Origin: a virus
IMG/VR virus record: IMGVR_UViG_3300019360_000001
Direction: 5' to 3' (one strand)
Length of the DNA: 64,000 nt
Of the stretch, positions 58,560-64,000 are shown in pieces. Positions within the stretch are counted from its first letter, which is position 1. Every line of letters begins with the position of its first letter. The notes beneath the pieces were generated by a model, which worked only from the letters and a program-made list of their open reading frames with translations, ran no database searches and was not told the origin of the DNA. The position numbers were made by a program, and so were the translations under genes.

Positions 58560-59353
58560 ATAATAAATCCAGTTGAATCTTTGGCATGTCCCTTTACGGA
58601 CAGACCTATTATAATTCCTTTTTTGTCAAGTGGTCTAAAGTCTATTAGATCACCATTAACAACTTCATATCCCAAATAACCATTTTTAATTGCCGACTCA
58701 TGGTCTTTAAATACCATGGCGACATTTTTGCCTGCATTTAATATTCTTTTGCAAGTTTCTTCATTGTCTTCTGACCTAGAAAAAGTCAAATGATAATTTG
58801 TTGGCAAAACTTTGTAAAGTCTGCTTTCTATTTTCGTATAATCGTAAAATGCTATGTCAGGAAATTCTGTAAACAATTCAGGCATTATTTCTTCATACAG
58901 AATATCCGAAGTTCCATTTAATCTCACGGATCCTTTTAGACCTAATGATTTTGCCCTAGTTCTAAACTTATATAATTCGTCCATTAACATTTTCTTAAAC
59001 AAATCACGTCTATAGACGAACAATAAAGTTTTCCAAGCCTTTGAATTTCTGCCTGTTGTAACTCTTAGTCTGTAGGACTTTATTCCTAAACAGGCAAGAG
59101 AACATCCAAGAGATGCAAATGGGCAAATATTTCGGCCACCATAAGTAATTGACTCAGATGAAGGCGCAAGATAAACAATAGACGTTAAGAATCCTCTTTT
59201 TAGATTCTTTTGAACTTTTGTTGAAGTTCCAAGGATATTAATTTTTGCAGTAGGAAATCTAATGCGCCTTGCCCTGTATAATTGTCCTTTCGTAATCCTA
59301 TTGGCCTTATAGGCCTTTATTACTTCGTGCATTACTAGTTTACGTAAATTCAT
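58556..59353 (-). CDS. Gp88-like radical-SAM-type phage protein
   Basis: YLAP...CPFAS.GC...CL...VRLNGTSDI...FYDYTK...YHLTFSRSE. Confidence 0.75.
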   Translation of the reverse strand: MNLRKLVMHEVIKAYKANRITKGQLYRARRIRFPTAKINILGTSTKVQKNLKRGFLTSIVYLAPSSESITYGGRNICPFASLGCSLACLGIKSYRLRVTTGRNSKAWKTLLFVYRRDLFKKMLMDELYKFRTRAKSLGLKGSVRLNGTSDILYEEIMPELFTEFPDIAFYDYTKIESRLYKVLPTNYHLTFSRSEDNEETCKRILNAGKNVAMVFKDHESAIKNGYLGYEVVNGDLIDFRPLDKKGIIIGLSVKGHAKDSTGFII

Positions 59354-59366
59354 ATTCTCCTATTAG

Positions 59367-60179
59367 TTAAATATCTATATATTCTAACTCATTCAAACAA
59401 ATAAACTTAGTGCCCTTAATGTTTACTGTTAATGATTTATGCCAATGGCCAAAAATATGTAATTTCGGCCTATGAAATTCAAACATCGCTTGTAATAGTT
59501 GCCCCGTCCTAGTTTTAATAATCTTTTTGCCCAAAATCCCAATTCCATTGTTTACCATGAAGTCTTTTACTTCGTCCGGACAATCATGGGACAGCATAAT
59601 ATCAGGTTTTGCGTTTTTGTAAGATTCAAGTGCCCAATAAGAACTTTCCATTGAAAGTTCTTCTGTCGGCCACCAATCTATTCCTTCTTTTCTAAAGCTT
59701 TTATCAATTGAAAAAGCCCCACGAACAAAGAAAAATTCTACGCCACCCCTTATTAAATGTCCATAATCCCCCATGGCATTTGGACAATCATTATAAAGAT
59801 AATAATTTTCGTGGTTTCCAGCGAAAAACCTATGATTATTTCGACTCAACTTATAATGTTCAAAATGCTCGTATGAAAGTCCATGATCTCCGATTTGAAC
59901 TGTAAAATAACCTTTTTGTTCTGCATCTTGACAGATTTTGACATAATCTTTATATTTCCCGTGAACATCACCAATTATACGCAAAGTCATTTTACATGCC
60001 TCCATTATTCTAAGCATTTTACAATGTGTAATAAATATCGTCCATTTGTGAAATTCTTTCGGCAGCTCTTTTAAGAATGCAAACTCTATCAGAAGCAGAT
60101 GATCCTTTGGGCCAATTATGTACATTACCAAGTTGAAATTGGCCATATTTAATAGGACATGTAATTTCTGCCCATCCAT
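59367..60179 (-). CDS. Calcineurin-like metallophosphoesterase
   Basis: IGDVHG, QIGD, GNHE, SHDCP and FGHWH motifs; true start probably MTLRIIGD near 59990. Confidence 0.9.
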   Translation of the reverse strand: MDGQKLHVLLNMANFNLVMYIIGPKDHLLLIEFAFLKELPKEFHKWTIFITHCKMLRIMEACKMTLRIIGDVHGKYKDYVKICQDAEQKGYFTVQIGDHGLSYEHFEHYKLSRNNHRFFAGNHENYYLYNDCPNAMGDYGHLIRGGVEFFFVRGAFSIDKSFRKEGIDWWPTEELSMESSYWALESYKNAKPDIMLSHDCPDEVKDFMVNNGIGILGKKIIKTRTGQLLQAMFEFHRPKLHIFGHWHKSLTVNIKGTKFICLNELEYIDI

Positions 60180-60369
60180 CCCAAATATTTAATGGAATAT
60201 TATTAAAATTTTGGTCAATCTTATACTTATCCCTTATTAATTTTCTAGGCATTTTAATTATTCTTGCAACTTTAGCTAATCCTCCCATTTGCTCAATGAA
60301 AGAATCATCCTTTGCATTAAAATTTTCGTTCATATAGAATTTTATTGAGGATTTCATGAACTTGCTCAA
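60019..60369 (-). CDS. Phage protein with tag DIYYTL
   Basis: D.NFNNIPL..WD...S.SD.VC.LK.AA domain followed by the shared motif. Confidence 0.65.
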   Translation of the reverse strand: MSKFMKSSIKFYMNENFNAKDDSFIEQMGGLAKVARIIKMPRKLIRDKYKIDQNFNNIPLNIWDGWAEITCPIKYGQFQLGNVHNWPKGSSASDRVCILKRAAERISQMDDIYYTL

Positions 60370-60592
60370 ATGTCACAATTTATTATACATCTTCTGTTAT
60401 TGCTATTTCCTGGTTATCTTGTAGAATGTTAGCTTTGCGCAACATATCATCAATCTCCATTACCATTTCGATGGAATCTGATTTCACTTTGATTTGGTCA
60501 ACGATTTCGTTATTCACTATTAGCGAAATGTATTTCATTTTTTCCTCCATTTAATATTTTACTTGGTTTCCCAATTTCCGTTAATATCTTGT

Positions 60593-61114
60593 TCAGTCAA
60601 AAAGATCAAAAAAACAAGTGTAAATGGAATCTAAAACCCAAAGATAATCCTTATGATGAATTCCTGTAAGTCTTTCCCTAAAAACAACATAATGTGCAAG
60701 TTCATGAAGTAAAACTCTAAGGTTAATATGATTGCACTGAATAACAATATTCTTACCAGCGCAATAACCTGAAACTAATCCACCAACATTAATATACTGA
60801 TAAAGATGTGGATTTCTCTTGACTCCCAAAGATGAACAAATACGATTGCAAATTAGCTTAGCTTCTGTCAAATCCTTGGGATATATATGTTTGGAAAGTC
60901 TATTAGAATGCTTTGCTTCAATCTTTCTACATTCCCCATATTCTTTTTCGTTTTCATCCTTGTACTTTTTCAAGGCAACATAATCCCAAATAGGAGGAAG
61001 CTTTACAATAGGTTTAGGAATTACTTTGAATTCAAAATTCCTAGTTTTCTTGTAAGTTTTCATCGGATACAATTTCCGGCCCAACTCAAATTCTGATTCC
61101 GGACAGTATACCAT
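60593..61114 (-). CDS. SprT-like HExxH metallopeptidase
   Basis: VLLHELAH...HH. Confidence 0.65.
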   Translation of the reverse strand: MVYCPESEFELGRKLYPMKTYKKTRNFEFKVIPKPIVKLPPIWDYVALKKYKDENEKEYGECRKIEAKHSNRLSKHIYPKDLTEAKLICNRICSSLGVKRNPHLYQYINVGGLVSGYCAGKNIVIQCNHINLRVLLHELAHYVVFRERLTGIHHKDYLWVLDSIYTCFFDLFD

Positions 61115-61133
61115 GCGCCTTCGATTCTGTCAA
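61105..61133 (-). promoter_or_regulatory. sigma70 promoter
   Basis: TTGACA-17 nt-TATACT; spacer nearly matches the 45014 promoter (GAATCGA...CATGG). Confidence 0.85.
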
Positions 61134-61176
61134 GTTTACACAAGTGCTTAAGGCGCCTAGACTTGCGATAATAAAG

Positions 61177-61395
61177 TTAAACCCAATAAATAAATATGTT
61201 TTTGCGTTTTCTCCTAGCAGAATCACCATTCCAGAAGTTAATAAGTTCATAAATTTTCTTGGCATCGGCAAGATAAACCGTTTTCTTGCCTCTATGTTGA
61301 GTATTCCCATAATATTTCCAGTTATAAACTACTGGAACAAAGTGTTTTGGCCTAATAAGTTCATCTTCAAAGTAATATTCAAACGGTGCATACAT
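61177..61395 (-). CDS. Hypothetical protein
   Basis: ORF in early region. Confidence 0.45.
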   Translation of the reverse strand: MYAPFEYYFEDELIRPKHFVPVVYNWKYYGNTQHRGKKTVYLADAKKIYELINFWNGDSARRKRKNIFIYWV

Positions 61396-61652
61396 AATTT
61401 AAGTTTCACTCCATAACAATTTGGGCCAAATTTCCGTGTTTATCCTTCTTCATAAGAAGGATCTGACCAAATATAATTTTCCATCGGAGTTTCGATGAAA
61501 AACTCATTGCCAAAACTCCAAGTAAATTCACCAAACAACTCAAATACTTCGTTCATTTCCAATTTTCTTTATTAAATTCCCTCGGCACGTTTTTTTCGGC
61601 CGACTCTAATGAATTTTTGCCCCTATATTCCATTTCTTTTTGTTTTATAAGT

Positions 61653-61731
61653 CTAGCAATTGTTTGACAGGCCTAACATTTGATTTGTTTGCTAAACCCA
61701 ACGTTTGTTAGTTCGACCTAGCAATTGTTTG
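61653..61731. repeat. Array of imperfect palindromes, consensus CTARCAWWTGYTAG
   Basis: Copies at 61653, 61673, 61698 and 61718; best copy CTAGCAAATGCTAG at 62837-62850. Confidence 0.55.
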
Positions 61732-61769
61732 TTGTGACTAGTGGCTAAAAATTAGCTATTTTTCACTGT

Positions 61770-61950
61770 CATTTTGGCATATTCCATTCAAAGCGAATGC
61801 TGCCCATTAGGGCGCCTTTGGTCTAGTTTGCTCACGATAGACCATTCTGCCGTTCAGCTCGCAGCTCGGAGACAGATAGGCGCCTTCCTTTGGCATTCTC
61901 TTGCGAGTTCACATGGCGAAATGGCCATGGGCAGTAGGCATGGCCATGGT
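61770..61950 (-). ncRNA. Unassigned structured RNA candidate
   Basis: GC-rich island with nested stems CTGCCCAT/ATGGGCAG, GGCGCCT/AGGCGCC, TGGTCTA/TAGACCA, TCTGTC/GGCAGA, and CTC-GCAA-GAG (GNRA on the minus strand). Confidence 0.5.
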
Positions 61951-62040
61951 GTACGTAGTAGGGGGAAGCAATGTCAAAATTTGATTTTTCCATTTATTGG
62001 AAACCTGTACAAAAATTTGACATCGAATGGCAAAAAAAAT

Positions 62041-62074
62041 AGAAGAGAATTCCAGGAATACCGAATTCTCCTCT
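62041..62074 (-). terminator. Intrinsic terminator
   Basis: AGAGGAGAATTC...GAATTCTCTTCT followed by ATTTTTTTT. Confidence 0.8.
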
Positions 62075-62091
62075 AACCATCGAAAAAATAA

Positions 62092-62109
62092 GGCCTAATA
62101 GCCTAGGCC
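62092..62109 (-). terminator. Intrinsic terminator
   Basis: GGCCTAG-GCTA-TTAGGCC followed by TTATTTTTT. Confidence 0.7.
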
Positions 62110-62275
62110 GTTTGTGTTGGGTTAAAAATGCGCCCGAAAATCTTTATGGATTTCCGGTTCTTGTTGGCACAAGCATGCGATTTGTTAGGGCTTGCCTTGC
62201 CCCTTTTTGTCCGCAACGTAGGCGCAAATCGTGAAAAGGGCTGAAGATACAAAAACTTATGGGTTAATATGTATT

Positions 62276-62339
62276 GGCCTCTTCAGTATCCGCTTCACGG
62301 ATAAACAAAGGGACGGTATACCGTCCCAGTGTTTCGGCC
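62276..62339 (-). ncRNA. Type II hammerhead ribozyme
   Basis: 5'-GGCC GAAA CA [hairpin GGGACGG-UAUA-CCGUCCC] UG U U UAUCCG UGAAG CGGAUA CUGAAGA GGCC-3'. Full core present, G10.1-C11.1 pair, GUU triplet, predicted cut between 62304 and 62303. Confidence 0.85.
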
Positions 62340-62361
62340 TGTCTTCTGTAATTTTATAGTC

Positions 62362-62661
62362 TTACGAAATTCGGGCCAACATCTCCTCAAGTTGCTTGAC
62401 CTTGGCGATTTGCTTCTCCAGTCGGGCCCGGAGCTGTTCGGGGTTTTCGGATGCCGTTCCTTCGCCTTCGTATTCTCCGCTGGCGTCCAATTCGGCCTTT
62501 CGAGTCTGCAGATATTCGAGCCGCTCTTGCCATTCGAGTAGCATGCGCTCGTTGCTGGCGATCCGGTCTTGCGCTTCCCGAATGTGCGCAATCAATGCAC
62601 TCCGGGAAAATCGCCGACCTCGCCTAGCGATGGTTTCGATTTTTTCCGTGACTACTGACAT
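62362..62661 (-). CDS. Coiled-coil early protein
   Basis: Start MSVVTEK at 62661 after SD AGAAAGGA; GC-richer codon usage than the rest of the window. Confidence 0.7.
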   Translation of the reverse strand: MSVVTEKIETIARRGRRFSRSALIAHIREAQDRIASNERMLLEWQERLEYLQTRKAELDASGEYEGEGTASENPEQLRARLEKQIAKVKQLEEMLARIS

Positions 62662-62667
62662 GTGGAT

Positions 62668-62693
62668 CCTTTCTGGGCTTTTCGCCCTAAGTT
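62668..62693 (-). repeat. 26-bp leader hairpin plus SD, copy 1
   Basis: AACTTAGGGCGAAAAGCCCAGAAAGG, identical to 63823-63848. Confidence 0.85.
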
Positions 62694-62750
62694 GTTTATT
62701 TTCCTTCAAAAAGGGTTAAGCATGTGCAATGCCAATACCAAAATTTTCGT

Positions 62751-63353
62751 TAAGTGTAAGCCCTATAAGGACTTAGAACGTTATAGAGTTCTCATGAGAT
62801 GTCCAAATGCCTACTTTTTGTCATGGTTGAGTACACCTAGCAAATGCTAGACCTAGCAAACTTCTTCATGTACATATTTGGGACTATACATAAAAGGTTT
62901 CAACTTAAAAGCTTATGTAAACCTATTTAAGGTGATTCCTAAATAGTTCATCCATCAATACATATAACAAACCAATATAAATGGTAATAGAAGCACAAGA
63001 TACAAGATGATGGATGTGATTTATGGTAAGATGTTGTAAATAAAGGACTTATGACTTTCACCCTTTTCGCCATTTTTTTGTCATAAACCCTTACCACATA
63101 AGCACTTATGACGTTTTGATTTAACCTTTTGGGCTGGTTAATTCACGTTCAAAACTAGGCAAAAAAGTAATGGAATGGAGTATTTTCGTTACGATCTATT
63201 ATATTGTGGGTATATTTTACATTAAATAGTAAAAAAGATGTGCAATGATGGGTGAATCCGCATCGATTTTCGAGAACTGGCCTAAAACTTGCAAGGATGA
63301 AAAATCGTGCCAGACCATTTTTGCTTCGTAAACCCTTACTACATCAAGACTTA
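62751..63353. repeat. Dispersed TAAR-N17-CTTA inverted-repeat sites
   Basis: Copies at 62751-62775, 63027-63051, 63084-63108 and 63329-63353. Confidence 0.65.
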
Positions 63354-63443
63354 CAGCTTAACATTTCCGCAATCTGCCGTTATTAACTTTTGGAAAAAGC
63401 ATGGGCATTCTCCCGCCTCGAAGGCCCATCAAAGGCTCAATTT

Positions 63444-63471
63444 AATTTATCATGGCCGAAAAATATGTCAA
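63444..63471 (-). promoter_or_regulatory. Possible sigma70 promoter
   Basis: TTGACA-16 nt-TAAATT with extended TG; shares CCATG with the other promoters. Confidence 0.45.
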
Positions 63472-63559
63472 GTCAAAAAAATTTGTAAAAACTTTGGGCA
63501 AATAATAGAGTAACATTGTAAAATGTTACATTTTGCAATGTTAAATCTACAAAAAGTTT

Positions 63560-63582
63560 AGGGCCGGCGATAAGCCGGCCCT
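63560..63582 (-). terminator. GC hairpin after ORF 63595..63816
   Basis: AGGGCCGGC-TTATC-GCCGGCCCT followed by AAACTTTTT. Confidence 0.6.
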
Positions 63583-63594
63583 TTGTCGAACATG

Positions 63595-63816
63595 CTAACC
63601 CAGATTGATTCTGCCCACAATTTCCTTGGCAAGAATCCCATAGAACCTCTCCGAGGTTTTCCATTCTGTGCAGGGCACATGAGGAAACATCTTTTTAATC
63701 GCTTCAAGCTCATGCCCATCGGCTTGAACTTCGAAAACTGTTTGCACTGGATGGTTTGCCTTTTCGCCGACATGCCATTCCGTGACATCTCCTTTGTTTG
63801 AGACAATATACATCAT
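63595..63816 (-). CDS. Hypothetical early protein
   Basis: Preceded by the leader hairpin and SD repeat; QADGHELE motif. Confidence 0.7.
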   Translation of the reverse strand: MMYIVSNKGDVTEWHVGEKANHPVQTVFEVQADGHELEAIKKMFPHVPCTEWKTSERFYGILAKEIVGRINLG

Positions 63817-63822
63817 TTTGGA

Positions 63823-63848
63823 CCTTTCTGGGCTTTTCGCCCTAAGTT
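63823..63848 (-). repeat. 26-bp leader hairpin plus SD, copy 2
   Basis: Identical to 62668-62693. Confidence 0.85.
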
Positions 63849-64000
63849 ATGGTTGTGGCATTATTTAAAGCAACTAGAGGGTTAAACTTTTGCCGTAAGT
63901 CTAATCTCCGCATATCCTTCGGAAGCCTTTTCTTTGAAGGCTTTTAAGGCTTCCTTGAAACTTTCAAAATCTTCGACTGTTTCAAAGTCTTTTTGCTCAA

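Noticed and set aside
56898-60146. 17-bp inverted match AAGTTGAAATTGGCCAT as an invertible segment
   Set aside because: Both copies are inside coding sequence, enclosed genes keep the genome-wide orientation, and no recombinase is seen. Probably chance.
61790-61960. HDV-like ribozyme or c-di-GMP riboswitch call
   Set aside because: Only partial resemblance. A canonical P1/P1.1/L3 or a full riboswitch core could not be built, so it is reported as unassigned.
62240-62290. Second hammerhead on the plus strand starting at CTGAAGA
   Set aside because: There is no GAAA after a stem II and no stem III/UH junction. The sequence is better explained as complementary to the minus-strand ribozyme.
884-63801. 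Plus-strand ORFs in the track
   Set aside because: Nearly all are antisense shadows of well-supported minus-strand genes, with no recognisable motifs or RBS.

Overview
AT-rich segment of a large dsDNA tailed-phage genome, with essentially all real genes on the minus strand. LPS-related genes point to a Gram-negative host. The left half is a replication/recombination module: two SSBs, DnaE with two inteins, a PD-(D/E)XK nuclease, primase, DnaB, RecA, a Rad52-like annealing protein, dNMP kinase, dCMP deaminase and a sigma factor. It is interleaved with surface-glycan genes: GmhA, split HldE, a GT9-like heptosyltransferase, four other glycosyltransferases, PMM, a PagL-like deacylase and signal peptidase I. 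The right half is an early/accessory region with a MoxR AAA+ and vWA-metallopeptidase pair, UDG, an intein-containing RNA ligase, a GGQ release-factor-like protein, a Tad2-like protein, tRNA-Leu(UAA), consensus sigma70 promoters and many small ORFs. Three observations stand out. (1) 26 small ORFs, of several apparently unrelated folds, end in the same C-terminal peptide [G/D/N]-[I/L/V]-Y-[Y/F]-x-x-stop, and 11 of them are arrayed behind the MoxR/vWA pair. (2) A complete type II hammerhead ribozyme at 62276-62339 (minus strand) heads a cluster of unassigned structured RNAs. (3) A four-palindrome iteron/operator array lies next to a winged-helix gene. All family assignments are from motif recognition by eye, not database searches.
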